A DNA stretch of 64,000 nt, taken from Takakia lepidozioides. Lineage: Eukaryota > Plantae > Bryophyta. The DNA is taken from the NCBI GenBank assembly GCA_030704615.1, contig CM060731.1, positions 48,856,001-48,920,000 on the forward strand, given 5' to 3'. The position numbers and the translations under genes were made by a program. Positions 23,492-36,075 of this stretch are shown here, piece after piece (position 1 is the first letter of the stretch; each line of letters opens with the position of its first letter). The notes under the pieces were generated by a model. That model made no database searches and was not told where the DNA came from. It saw only the letters and a list, made by a program, of their open reading frames with translations.

Positions 23492-25392
23492 ACCATCCAC
23501 CTTCTAGCCATTCACCTTTCAAAGGTGAGTTAAACAAGATAGTCTCTTAGACTTCTAAACCTTTGGCCTTCAAGACTCTTAGTCTTCTAGATATGTTTAA
23601 TTACTTCCAACAAAATCGAACTGTGCTGGAAGCGACGCCTGGAAGTCCATATTTAGCGCCTGGCTGTCAATCAGACCGCATATGTTCCGGAGAAGAGCGC
23701 GTTGCTTTGAGGAGGCAATTCGTCAGCCTCTCTTTGGAAACATAAATCTGGACTATGCTCCCATGATCGAAATGGGCAACGTGGGAAAGCAAAGGGCTCA
23801 CGCACATCGCCAACAATTGGGAGATGGCGAGTTCCTGCCACCGGCTCTGCTGTCCTCTCTAGTTTCGGCCAATTCCATACGAAACGGGTGGGACCACATC
23901 AAACAGGGAGTGACATATGTTTTGCCCTTGCTCAATGGCAGAGATACCTCTCACAACAGCCCATGGCCATGCTGGTTTGGCAACAATGAGGGGAGTGCCT
24001 ACCTTGCCCTACTAGCTATTGCCCATTCAAATACGCATTGGCAAGGCTTGGAATTTGCTACAGACGCTGCGGGGAGTATCCAGTACATAGGTCAAGGACA
24101 GATGCATAAGGTCTCAGCGTTTAGAATTAGAGTTTTTGAGACTCTATCAGGGACTCCAGACCCCAAGCCGCCCCTAGGAGACGAATCAAGTTGGGCTCGG
24201 CAAATGCCACTGTCCTGGTTCCTGCGCTTTCCACTTACCAGGCTGTAGTTTGATCCAGGAGAGTGGACCTGGATGGATGCCAAAAAAACGCCGCTCCTAG
24301 GACATATAGTCAGGATGGGCTATAGAATGCAACTGGGAAATGCCAACTGCACAAACAAGTGGAACAAAAAATGGAATCTCAACTTGCAAATTCCAGCCTG
24401 GAAAGGAGTTTGGAAAGATATCTGGGCCAAACACCGCTCGACAAAAATTAACGCGTTCCTCTGGAAAATCGCCAATCAAATCCTTCCTATGGCTGTCAGT
24501 TTGCAGGATCGGGATCCCACATGCATGGTGTGTAGCTGTGGCATGGCAGAAACCATGGAGCATTGTCTCTTCACTTGTCACTTTCTTTCAAGAATTTGGC
24601 ATCTCGTGGCGGATTTACTCTGCTTGGAACCCCCTCCCTCCCTTGTCAGCACCTCTTCTCATGCTTAATCTAAATAGAGATTCGGCTTGGAACAGCTGCC
24701 AGTTATGGGCTTGTCTTCGTGCACTTACAATTTGGGCCATTTGGAAGGGAAGATGAAACCACCCTAGTATCAGATCGATTCTAAGTTTTCGGATCTGATG
24801 ACTGAAGGGTGTAAAGCGTTGGTCTCTTTGCAAGTAGCTATCAACAGGTGCAACGAAAGAAGGAACAGGGAGCTTTTCGAGGATTTCGACACCACCTGGG
24901 CAAAAGACGGCCTCATCTGCGCAAGGCTCTCTGACTCCAGAGTTGAATGGCGTGATCAACTCCCCAGCGCTTGGCAAATCGCCAACTGAGTCTGACGCCC
25001 CGATATTAATTGGAAACACAGCAAGGCTCACAGCTCCAAATCCAAAATGCATCCAGATTTTGGTCGCTAGTTCTTGTATGGGTCCTTTACAGGGTCTAAC
25101 TTAATCGTTCCCTCCTCTCTGCCTCTTTATGATCTTGCCTGCAGTCTCCTTATCTTTTAAAGCGCTTCTTGGTTCTCTTATGAGTCTGCCAGGTAGTTAG
25201 CTTTCTATTTCTGCCTCGTTTTCGGCATCAGCCCCGCTCCCCCCCCCCCCGCCAGACACTGGGTGTTCCCCATGAGATAGGCCTTTATGGCCTTCTTGGA
25301 GGTTATTTTTTCCTCCATTTGTCTTATTTTCCCCTTATTTAATAAAACTCATCCGGGCACCAAACCCTGTTTGGGGGGAAAAACAAAGAAAA
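23492..25392 (+). mobile_element. LINE ORF2 segment 3: C-terminal zf-RVT region, 3' UTR and A-rich tail
   Basis: KINAFLWKIANQILP..CMVCSCGMAETMEHCLFTC and IWAIWKGR. AATAAA at about 25341 and an A-rich end at about 25379-25392. Confidence 0.85.
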
Positions 25393-25414
25393 CCATCTTC
25401 AAATTAATAACCAA

Positions 25415-25675
25415 CAGTCAGTAGCTCAGTTGGATAGTACATTGAGTGCCACCCAGATGAATGTGGGGTCAAATCCTGCTACCTTGACGGGTGTGGTATG
25501 TTTGTATGTTCTTCTCCTCCTTCCCTTAGGCGGTGTCCCATGTGAAAGCCTTCTTGGTGAGGTTGATATGAAAGAGGTTATTTTCTCCTCTCACTATAAT
25601 CAAGGGGCCTGATTTGTGAGCTATCCGTCCCTCCCAGGTGTTTCCTTTTAAAAATAAATAAAATAAAAAAAAAGA
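25415..25675 (+). mobile_element. tRNA-derived SINE
   Basis: Pol III A box TAGCTCAGTTGG (25422-25433) and B box GGGTCAAATCC (25466-25476) at tRNA spacing. 3' part shares GCCTTCTTGG..GAGGTTATTTT with LINE tails. A-rich tail at 25650-25673. Confidence 0.7.
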
Positions 25676-25880
25676 ATAAGATAAGGGTCCCAAAATGATC
25701 ATCATCTTGGCAGCGATTAATTCTGAAGATCCCCAAAAAAAAAAAAAAAAAAAAAACAAAAACAAAAAAGCAGGGGCTTGGGAGCAGCCAATGGGGTGGG
25801 ACGACACTAATTGCTAAAAGTTAACGGCCCAGAATAAAACTTGCAAATATTCATCTCTGAAGTCAAACATATTCATCCAA

Positions 25881-25951
25881 GAGAAGAGAGATGGCCTAGC
25901 AAAGACGATGGCCGAAGAGAAGAGAGATGGCCTAGCAAAGACGATGGCCGA
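25881..25951. repeat. 36-bp tandem duplication
   Basis: GAGAAGAGAGATGGCCTAGCAAAGACGATGGCCGA occurs twice. Confidence 0.85.
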
Positions 25952-26399
25952 GCTTGCTGGACGAACCATAGCCCAGATGGTGAGACAGGATCTGCCGGTC
26001 TGAATGTCTAAATGTCTGAATCTCTTCGAGTTCAAGGGAGGAAGCAATATGCGCCTACCCATCACTGCAAGTTTTTGTTTTTTTCTATCAAATACCAAAA
26101 GCCTGATCAATGGTAGGTGGGCCCGTGCCTGCTTCAATCTGACAGCAATGTTGAATGAGTCCCCTTTGTTTTGGATTTGGAGCTTGTTCCCTCTCAAACA
26201 GGGTGGAGAGGGCCAGATGTGAAATCATTTCACCATGCCTACAATCCTCAAAATATTCTACTGATAAGTTCCATTCAGTCACTCAAGCATCATTCTTCTT
26301 CATAAGTAAGTTTTATTGCCCCCATTTAGGTAGAAAGTTCACACCCGTAGGGGGGGTTTAGAAAGTTCACACCCGTAGGGGGGGTTGCCTTTGAATGTA

Positions 26400-27480
26400 G
26401 GCAGTCGCTTCCCGGATGGTGAGATCTACAAGGAATCTAAAAACGTGGAATGGCTTAGCAGGCGCCGCTTGGAACCTGTCTAAAAGCTTATTTGTGTGCA
26501 ACGGATCTGGCACGATGGATCCAAAGCGAAATTTCAGCCTAGCAAGCCGATTTGATTGTGGCTGGTTGTCAATTTGATATCCCTGTCAAACTCGGGGGGT
26601 GACGTCGCCATGGAGGGGTGTGATGAGTTCTCGCCATCAATCTGGCGGTTTGAGCTGCCCAGGCACAGTGGGGATGGTGACGAGCTGCTAGTGCAGAAGA
26701 AAGACCGTTTCTGCCCAAGTGCTGGCGAACTGACCGTGGATAGCTGCCGCTTGTTGGGGTCTTCTTGCGACATCTGCACAAAGTTTTGCCCAAGCCTTCC
26801 TCCCTTCAATCTGCAAGTCCCAGAATACTCTAGAAAGCAAGGTAGATAAAGTGCAGGTGGTACCCGAGGGTCCAGGCACATCTAACTTTCCAAATGTTCC
26901 ACAGTGTAGAGTTGCGAAGGCAATCGTAGACTGGGCAGTTTGAAGCCTTGGTTTTTGAATTTGAGTCGTAGTTGAGTAGCAAATGTACAACTGAGAAGTC
27001 TTGGGTATCCCAATGTCTATAAAAATCTTTAACGATAGGCCAGACTTTCCTGGGGGTAAGGCAACAGAATAGGCAATGTTCCAAGGTTTCCAACTGCCCA
27101 TAGGAGCAACAAGAGCAAAGCAAGGCTTCCTGGAATTGTAACCACTCTCCCACCTTAAGGACTCTGTTGGCTATTTGCCATAGAAAGGCGGACATCTTGG
27201 CTAGCCTTGTTTTTTCCCAGATATATGTCCAGATTGATTTCCAGTTTTCCTCCACAAACCCGTAAGATTGCCATTTCGAGTTCCATTTGGCACAGAGGGG
27301 GCTGGGAGATGTCAGAGCCTTGTATGTTGTTCTGGTGGTGTACGCGAAGAAGGGAGTCGGAGATCTAGAAACGGGCTTTTCCGTTCAGTATCCACCCTGT
27401 GACCATGTCTCTATCCCTACAAAGTACAGTCCCTCTCTCCCTTCCTAATCTCCCCCATACTCCCATCAGAATCTGCTGCT
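26400..27480 (-). mobile_element. 5'-truncated LINE 3' fragment (zf-RVT)
   Basis: KMSAFLWQIANRVLKVGEWL..CSCC..ETLEHCLFCC..TLWNIWKVRC, homologous to 24273-25000 and 40340-40970. Confidence 0.85.
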
Positions 27481-30222
27481 GGTCCTCTTCCACAAGAGAC
27501 ATGAACCCAACTCCAGACCCTATGATCCCCATCAAAACCTGGCTAGCAGCAAATTCATTCTTTTGGATTTCAGGAAGGCCCCTCGCAGTGCTTCCAGATT
27601 TATTTTTTCTAGTGGGCTCTGATTGCAGAGGTGAGGTGGAGGCCATAGAAACTTGTAAAATGTAGCCTTTACCCTCTTTATGTATTTATTTTTTTCCGCA
27701 GACAAGGGGAGGAAGCCCTTCACCCTCTTTATATACTCTCTCAAGGCGGTGGTGCAGCCTTCTAAAAGGGGCCCACCGCCTCATCATGCTTTTGGAAAGC
27801 TCTAGAACTAGAAGGAGGGCCCACCGACTTCTATGCTAGCCTCTACAGGTGGCCTCACATTTCTTCCCTCCCTCCCCATTGGCTGTTCCAATCCTCTCCC
27901 TTTATTTGACCTTCAGGAATAGCCCTGCCAAAATTTGGGACCCGTATAACCAGCTGTCTACCTCCCATCGACCCTCCAACTTCTACGCTAGCGCCTCCTG
28001 CGGCCCCACTGATTCGCTCTTCCCACAGTGTCGGGCGTTGCCTGACCTTCCCAAACTGGCCAAATGAGTTGGTGTACATAGTTATTTATTCATTGTCATT
28101 TGAGGCTTGTTTTCTTTGTTTGGAAGGGCATTGTTCATTCTTTCTTGACTTTCTACAAGTCAAAGCAGGTCGGGAATAAATCGAGAGAGTTAGAATCATC
28201 TGCAGATTGGAGATCTAGTAGTCCAGAAACTGTTTAGTGCGGACCGAAATTCCATCCCCTTCTCCGCCAGAATTGAAAAAATGATGCTCATGAGTTATAC
28301 TCTTCAACCCTTCCATGTGCCCATCCTGGTGATGCATGCGAGCATCAACCGTACCTAGATTCCCACATTACTACTGTAACAGCTTTCACTGTGCTAATGG
28401 AGAGGAATCACTCTCAGAAATATTTTTGTGTCCCTCCTTCTTTTCTCTTCTCTTTCGGTGACCTAAAATGGTGGTCACACCTTGCAATTGCTCCAGCCGC
28501 GCACATATCTGGAGAGAGAGAAACGACAGGCGGAGAGAGAGACAAGCAGGTGCTCAAAGCCAGGCTGCTGCTTGGTGGAACCTGTCAGCTTTTTCAATCC
28601 AACATAATACAGTGTAGCAAAACCTCAGCATTCGGTCCTCTTGTCGCGCTACAGTGCCCAGAAAAACACCATAATGTTGCTAAGAATTTCAGTGTGCATA
28701 GTAGTAAGTGTACAGGGTACATTTTGCAATTCCAGTTTGTGGGTCACATCTCTTTTTCAAGGAACTAATCTGCCCCACAGTTTTACCCTCACCTCATGTA
28801 GGCTCATGTGTCAGGAGTCCAAAAGTGTACGCAAATCACTGCGCTCTTTTGATAAATCTTTGGACGACCCTCGAGAAAAGTAAGTTATGTACATTATATT
28901 GCGAGTCTAGTGTGTACAAACTGGTTGATGTGCTAAGTACCGTATCCCATTTGGTCCTGGACACTCGATTTATGTGCACAATTGTTGTACGCATTCCACG
29001 CAAGCATCGATATTGTGATGGGGAAACGCAAAAGGTGCTCACTCTCATATCCGTATAAAGTGGAGCTGCCTGCCTACTCTCAATTTTCCCGAGCATATCT
29101 CAGAAAATTGATTCATAAAGCAGAAAAGATGGAAAAATACCCATATCGGTAAGTTAGTAAACCTCGAGTGCAAATGTGAGGGTGCTTGACTCGGTCGGAT
29201 CGTAACTCCTACACACTGAAACCAATAATGTTATAATCACCAACCTGGCTCGGGAAGATCGATGGTGACCAGACTCACTCTCTCGCCGAGGCCATTGTGC
29301 AGTGCAATACATGTGCGTAAAGTGCGATTTTTAACATAAAGAAAAGTTCAGAAACAAAATGGGTCCCATAAAAGGAATGATAGGGTGAGGTGCAGGTACA
29401 GGAAGACGTATCCCAGTGTTGTGATTGAAGCTGTGACTGCGGTCCTGGCAGGAAACGTACGTCAGCAACCCGCATCCCGAGCTTTCATGGAGCCCACCAT
29501 CCTGCAGGCTGGTCGGATTCGGGGCGAGAGCAGAAAGCGTGGCAGCATCTGGTGGGAGTGGTGTTCAGAACGGACACCACTTGGGGGACGATGAGTGGAG
29601 AAGATTCTCACATGGGTTCTGTGGATCAAAAGTTGCGTCTTTTAAGAGTCTGACTCACAAGATGCTTGGGCTCGAGTTAATCTTGTGCAGGAGCTTTGCA
29701 TGCGCGACTGCCGTGGCTGTGTTTCTGGACAGACCTGATGTGTAGAAGATGCGAGGCTCGATTCTGTGGCGGGTTGTGAGCCGTCGTCGCTCAGTGTCAA
29801 GCCCAAGAGCTACCTTCTGCTGTCTGCGGCTCATGTTATTTGCAATCTGTTAGGAAGATCACGTTGCAGGACCTGGCTGTTTTATACGCAAGTTCCAAGG
29901 CCTGCGGAGGGGTGGCCGGAGGAGAGGCATGGTAATCAATTGCATTTGGCTCTGTACATGATTGTTTGTGTGTAGCCGGTGACGTTTATTCGTGTCTTGG
30001 AGGCATGCCGAAGAGGTCCAGCCGAATTCAGGACTGATACGTGGAGTAAAGTTCAGGTAGAGGGCGGGCGCAGACCATTCATGCAAGAGATCATTCAATG
30101 ATGTGAAATCTGGTGGAGTATGCGCACCTGACTGTAGATTGTCATTAAACAAGGATGGCAGCCCGGTAGAGTCGACAGAAATTCTTTCGTCCGTGGGATA
30201 CCAAGGTAGCAGTTGTCTAGCG

Positions 30223-30585
30223 ATGGCGAGAAAAAGAGTGTTGGCTCTGGGTCCGGCTCTTTCCCGCCTGCGATCATTCGGCTACCCGTATGAGCGAGTC
30301 AATGGGAAAGATCCCAGCTCTACCCGTTCATGGGGATGGAGAAGGCAGAAGTCCGTGAAGCTTGGGCAGAAGCCCAGACGAAGGTGGCCAAGGGGCTTCA
30401 GGGTGTCACGGTTTCGAATTAAGCTTGTGTCGCCCATTGTTTTGCTGAAAAGGTTGCGGGACGCGTATGTGCGGATGATGCTTGCGTTTGACGATCAGAT
30501 GGGCTACTGCGGTGCCGGTCTCCCTCTCGGATCGTATCCCATTTATCCCTTCCACATGCCAGGCCGAGCAGCAATCCGTTTCTAA
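30223..30585 (+). CDS. Small basic conserved land-plant protein of unknown function (about 120 aa, single exon)
   Basis: Intact ORF with YERV..W.WR..FRIKLVSPIVLLKRLRDAYVRMML, a motif seen in an uncharacterised plant family. ATG chosen at 30223; the ORF is open from 30103. Confidence 0.75.
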   Translation: MARKRVLALGPALSRLRSFGYPYERVNGKDPSSTRSWGWRRQKSVKLGQKPRRRWPRGFRVSRFRIKLVSPIVLLKRLRDAYVRMMLAFDDQMGYCGAGLPLGSYPIYPFHMPGRAAIRF

Positions 30586-32801
30586 GCCGGAAACCAGGTA
30601 ATAAACACACTCGATCATTTTGATGGGGGACGCAAGCCTACATAGAGTGGACTTCCTGGCGTTCAGATCGTGTACAATCATCAAGTTGAAGTTGATTATC
30701 TTTCTCTTTCTGTCTCTGTCTCTCTTTGAAATCTGGAATTTCGGTAGTGCCTGACCCAGTGCTGCTAGCGAGACTCTACCACGAGTCACTCCTGATCGAC
30801 GCATCTGTGATTGTCTGTACAAGCCAATCTTGAAGGTCTGTCTCCGGGTTGCAGAAAGTTAGCATTCGTTCAAGTCATGTACCGGGGAAACAAATTGGTT
30901 AGTCTTCCCACTGTCCAGTGGATGTCAAAAGCCTGTCTACGACGTTTTGTAGCTCTTCTAATTCACATCAGATTTTGTATAGGGATGGGTTTCCAGGGGG
31001 AATTCCAGGGGGTGGAATCTGAAGTGGGTGTTAGATCTTGTCATGTCGGCCCAGCTGGCAAAGACGATAATGTAATCAGTCTCATTAATAATGTAATTAG
31101 TCTAAGCATCACAAGGGGACTCAGCACAGTCGTCACAGGTTTTTAGTTGGCTTTGCGCCGGTGGCTACCCACAATGGGATTACTATGAAACTCTGTGAAG
31201 GTTTGTACGTCTTATTGCACAGCTCTATATTATATGAGCCATCATGTGACATTGCCAAGATCTGACTCGGCGAACTGAGTTTTTTCGCAAATTTCTGACA
31301 TGTGTACATACTAGAGTCTGGTATCTTGGTTGGGATTGTTCGACGTCCTGTTGTTGCATTACTGACACACTCTCGTCCCAGGATGTTTAGCTGTACAGTC
31401 CTATGCCAGTACAGTAATATCTGCTGGAAGGAAATCATTGAAGGGCTCTCTCCACACATGATCGATTGCACGCGCTCAATGTTCTACAGTACTTTCTACT
31501 GTCAGTCCCGTGGGATTGTTAGCTTCTTTCGTGGCCTGTTTTATGCAGACATCTTTCGCCTAGTTTCTGTGGAGCTGCTCGCTTGCCCATTCATGTAAAC
31601 TCTTCGAGCAGCTAGGATGAGTGTCGTCTGATAGGAAACAGCCATAGAACCTCGAAGACTGAATTTTTTTCGACAGACTCCATTTCCATCCTCTGAACAA
31701 AAACTTATGCAAGAATTCTTTGCAACAACCAACCATTCATCTCGACACTATTCTAGCGCCTTTCACAAGTTGGAACCGTGCCAACAGATTCACATAAATA
31801 CTTTACACTCGGGGCAGAGGCATGTCCAGGGTTCGACTGCAATCAACTTCATTTCAGCACCAGGATCGTCTTGTGCAGCAGTAGATTGAAAATAGATCAT
31901 AGATTCCTGACTGCCCAAGCACTTGCAGTTTGCAAAACTGCTGAAAGACACCAACTCCAGCCACGGAAACTCCCCTGGAACTTTCGGAAGATTGACCATG
32001 AAGTTGACCTTATAGAACTGGCAAGCTACCCTTTATCTGAAGGATGAATTTCAATTGGAATTTGCTACAGCCTCAATCCGTTGGTGAAAAGATTCTCTTT
32101 CCAAATTTGTGTTGTTTGGGGCTGTGTGCAACAAGGCCCACCACAGAAAATGCTAGAGGGCTCCAAAAGTACCTCATATAGAGGGAGACAAGTGTGCCAT
32201 TTTAGAGAGAAGACTCGGAGCCACTTACGGCTACTGCCCCCAAAGGGGAGTGGGGGAGTGGGTTGTGATATAATACCCTTCGAGAGCTTTCGTATATACA
32301 TATATATATATACACCCTTCCAGGCGTTGGGAAAATATTTCAATGGCACGTATCATGCGGCCAGAGTTCTTTTTGGAAGGCTGGACCACCTGCACACATG
32401 CATGCAGCTGGGCGCTCCTACCATCTGCATTTTCCTCACTTTGTACATGTCCTTCACAGATTTGGTGGGGTACTCATTCCATGGGCAATTTGCAACGGTG
32501 AGTGGGTAGAATAAGCCCCCAAGTTTGCGTTGGCCATGTCCATTAGAGAATGGTCCAGGAATTAAAAGGCGGGAATATATACTGAGCTACACAAGGATTT
32601 GAAGAAATCTGTAAGGGGTCCAAGAAAAGACTGTATGAAGGCGACAGCTATTAAGTGGGGGATGGTTTAGGGGCCAAATTGGGGTAAGTAGAGTACAAGT
32701 GTCAAGTGGTGGTTTCTAGGGGTGACATGTGTGGGGTGGGGGGGGGTTTGGTATCGTGTGAGCACAACCCGTGGTCATAGGGGTTAAATGTTTTCAAACC
32801 C

Positions 32802-32943
32802 GGTCATAGGAATTACATGTTAACAGGCACGGTGCATATGAGTACCTTCAGATTTATTTTCTCAGTGCGAAAGGTCATAGGAATTACATGTTAACAGGCA
32901 CGGTGCATATGAGTACCTTCAGATTTATTTTCTCAGTGCGAAA
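32802..32943. repeat. Perfect 71-bp tandem duplication
   Basis: GGTCATAGGAATTACATG...CTCAGTGCGAAA at 32802 and 32873. Confidence 0.9.
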
Positions 32944-34479
32944 ATAACTTTTCTAGGGCTTAAACTGCCCGATACCCGGACTGAAAACCACGATTTTTGT
33001 TTTTTTGGGGTATCTTGTTCGCATAACGTGAGGAAACCCCACGCCTATAGGGTGACATGTTTATCGTGTATAGGTGTTACTTGTTTCTTAAGTGATGCTA
33101 TGAGGGCCTATGTGAGCAGTTAAAAAAAGTTTCTCAATTTTAGTTTCGATGGAGAAAAGGCATCTAGGGAATATCCTTAATATTCGCTTGTGCTCACCAC
33201 TACCCAACCTCGTGTGGGGCAACCTCCTTCTACAACTATCTCCAACTGCTTGATGAGGTCGGGCCGTCGGCCCGAGAGGGTGTACAATAATAGGATAATA
33301 CATATTCATAGTGTTCTCCGTATATAAAGGAGAAGAATGCTCTCCCGCTCTCCTCCCACACCTCTTACTACTTACTTGCTAAGTTAGTACCTACTTTAGT
33401 GGGCTCTGCACATAAACATGAACCATAGCTATGTTAATTAATAGAACAACTGAGCTGTTAATTAAGCCCTAAGATAGAGGTAGACTATGACGTAAGGACA
33501 TTTCATACAATGTTTAACTTAGATGTCTGTCTCTTCTGTTTGGATTCCTCATGAAATGTCCATGGTGACAAGTGTTACATTGGGAAGTACTTAAGAACCA
33601 AGGACCCAATGTTAGTGGCAAGGTGGGACCCACAAGATGGGTGGGCCTTGCCTACCATAAATTGGGTTGATATGAGTTTAGCATAAAGTATGGGTTGAGC
33701 ACAATCCACTCTTCTGCTGGGATAAATATGTTTTCAAATGGAAATTCTAGCCATAGGCAGACATAGCTTGGTGTTGCTTCGTCAATAGGGTCGTTACGGT
33801 CTATGATGAATGTATTTCTATTTAAGTCGAAAGAAAACCAGTTCACAATACATACTTGGAATTTTCTTTTAAATAAACTATAAAATAGGAGGCCCTAAGA
33901 AACTTTATTTGGAATTATTAGTTCAAAAAGATATAGAGGATCGCGATGTGAGCTCTTGGAGCTCCAGCTTTTGTGGTGAGAGAGACGTTCAACGGCCTCT
34001 TCGTCTCTCTCGTCTCACTGATCACAAGGAAGGATTCCTCCTACTAATTGTGGATGCTTTTGGATATTGTTGTGCTAAGCCTCTTTGCTTCCTTTGCGTT
34101 TTGCCACGCAACAAATCCTAGATCGACGACCCATTCCTCCCCAGAACTTTCATTAAACTTGGCCCTGGAATTCATCTCCCCTTCATGATCCCATCCCGCC
34201 CAGTGAGTCCCCTTTAATTGATCCCATGCAGGCCAACGCCTCTATACCATAAACCATTGGCCCCCAAACCTTCCAGCCACCATGCAATTTCTGTGGATTG
34301 ATACCCCAGCCACCATTTAACTTGGTAGGTTCTTGGCACCCCTCCCCCTCTATCCTCACCGAGCTCACTGCCATCTCCCAAACCCTTCTAGCTCTTCCTT
34401 ATAGTGCGAAGGACAATGATAATCATTATATTTATCAATAGTTTGGTCTCGGAACACCATAATTAATAGTATCATTTTT

Positions 34480-34874
34480 TTCATTTGTGTTTGAAGATAC
34501 GCCAAAAGTCTCCAAAACTTTGGATCGTCCAAATTTTCATGTGGATCCCCGAACCTGTTCCTCTCAACATATTTCGCCACAGACGGAGCTTCCAACAATG
34601 CAAGGAGGTATTTCTCAAGCTTTCTAAGCAAACATTTGTCCTTTGCAAATGTTTCGAAGGGTGGAGGGTAAATGCATGACCCCATGGGATTGATGACACA
34701 CTTGTATGGGCTATCATCAACAAGGAGAGTGTTTTCCTCATCATATCGACCTTTGTATTTGTCCCACACTCTCCTAAGAGGCTTCAGAAAAAAAGGGCGA
34801 GAAGATTCTGTAGAACTTTTTGCTGCGTTGAAGTTTCTGGGAGCAATATTGGGTGGACAAACAATGCAATCGTC
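34480..34874 (-). pseudogene. Isolated exon of an FCP1/NIF-like (HAD) phosphatase domain
   Basis: CAG acceptor, then DDC..PFFLKPLRRVW..YDEENTLLVDDSPYKCVINP..IYPPPF. The N-terminal DxDxT motif was not found. Confidence 0.7.
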
Positions 34875-35039
34875 CTGCGACATAACAAAAATAGGCTGTC
34901 GAAAAGTGGAGACGCAAAGCTGCGGAGTGTTTGACATGCTTCCAATTAATATCACGCTCAAATTCGGGTGAGGCGATGGAAGGTGGCACGGAGGTTTCGG
35001 CAGCGATCAAGGGGTTGTATGTTGTAGTATAGGCGATCC

Positions 35040-35340
35040 TTCGAAGCACAACATTCCTTGCACAAACCCACGCATGCATTCATCCTACATTCATCCATTC
35101 CACATAGTCATTCATCCTTAAGAATTTCGCTGTACATTCTACTCAAATTTTCATGCATGGAATCGGCGTCTTAGGTCCCAGGCATCGTATGTTACCCTCC
35201 GTTCCACTCAACATTGCCCCCACGACAATAGGTCCTGCTTTTCCCATGGCTATAGGCTCCGCTTCCCTTATATGCTCATACTTAAGAAATCTGCTCACGC
35301 TTAGCGCACTAAGCGTGAGCGCGTTCACGCGTTAGCTTCC
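35040..35340. mobile_element. Orphan MULE-like terminus related to the ends of 41620-50836
   Basis: CATTCATCC repeats, a CTATAGG motif and a GCTCACGC..CGCG..CTTCCC end resembling 50420-50836. Confidence 0.5.
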
Positions 35341-36075
35341 CTCAGACCTGAGGGTGGCTGGTGGAAGCACCTGGTTAATGGGTACATCCTCAATAGCTCT
35401 CCTCTCGACACTACAAGAGATGAGCGTTTTTAGGACTACGGCTTTGGCGGAGTCATAAAAACTGCACTAGGTAGATGACTACAGAGCGCTAAAATGCATT
35501 GCAGTCATAGTTTTATGACTTTGTAGTAATGGATATCACTACATGACTCCGGAAAGTTAGGGAGCATTGGTCAAACATTGTTGACCATGATAACATGGAT
35601 GGTTTATATGACTAGTGTGATATGTTTGACTACACGTGGACAACGTTTCATGGAATCTTATGACTCCATGACTGAAGATGGTTTCATAGCTCTATTTATA
35701 CGACTACATCACTACGCGTGTCATTTTGAAGGCACATATAATGCAAATAAGGTTGCCCATTAGGTTTAAAAAAGTTAAAAAGTTGCTAATAAGGTTGCCC
35801 ATTAGGGTAATCGTGAACAGAAAGGAGGGCTGGGACTTGGCGTTTTTTTTGTCTCCTACGCCACACCACATAGCCGAGGGATGGAACGCGATGATAGCAG
35901 GATATGCAGGGGTGTGGGATGGAGGCGTTGAGCAAATGATGCACGAAGGAGAAGAGGAGGAGGAGAGGAGATGAGGAGAAGCCAGCTTGTCGTTCTTGGG
36001 AGAGTCAGCTTGGTCTTAGCAGGCGTGTTTCAATCTTTGACTACTCAGCTACGCCGTAGTGGTTCAATCTCACAG

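Noticed and set aside
25415-25490. Functional tRNA gene
   Set aside because: Acceptor and anticodon stems do not pair well, and the downstream body and A-tail fit a SINE.
28100-30100. ORFs upstream of the small conserved gene
   Set aside because: No homology signal; more likely promoter, UTR or intergenic sequence.
33000-34140. Possible solo LTR (TATA plus CT-rich tract)
   Set aside because: No TG..CA boundaries with a TSD could be identified.
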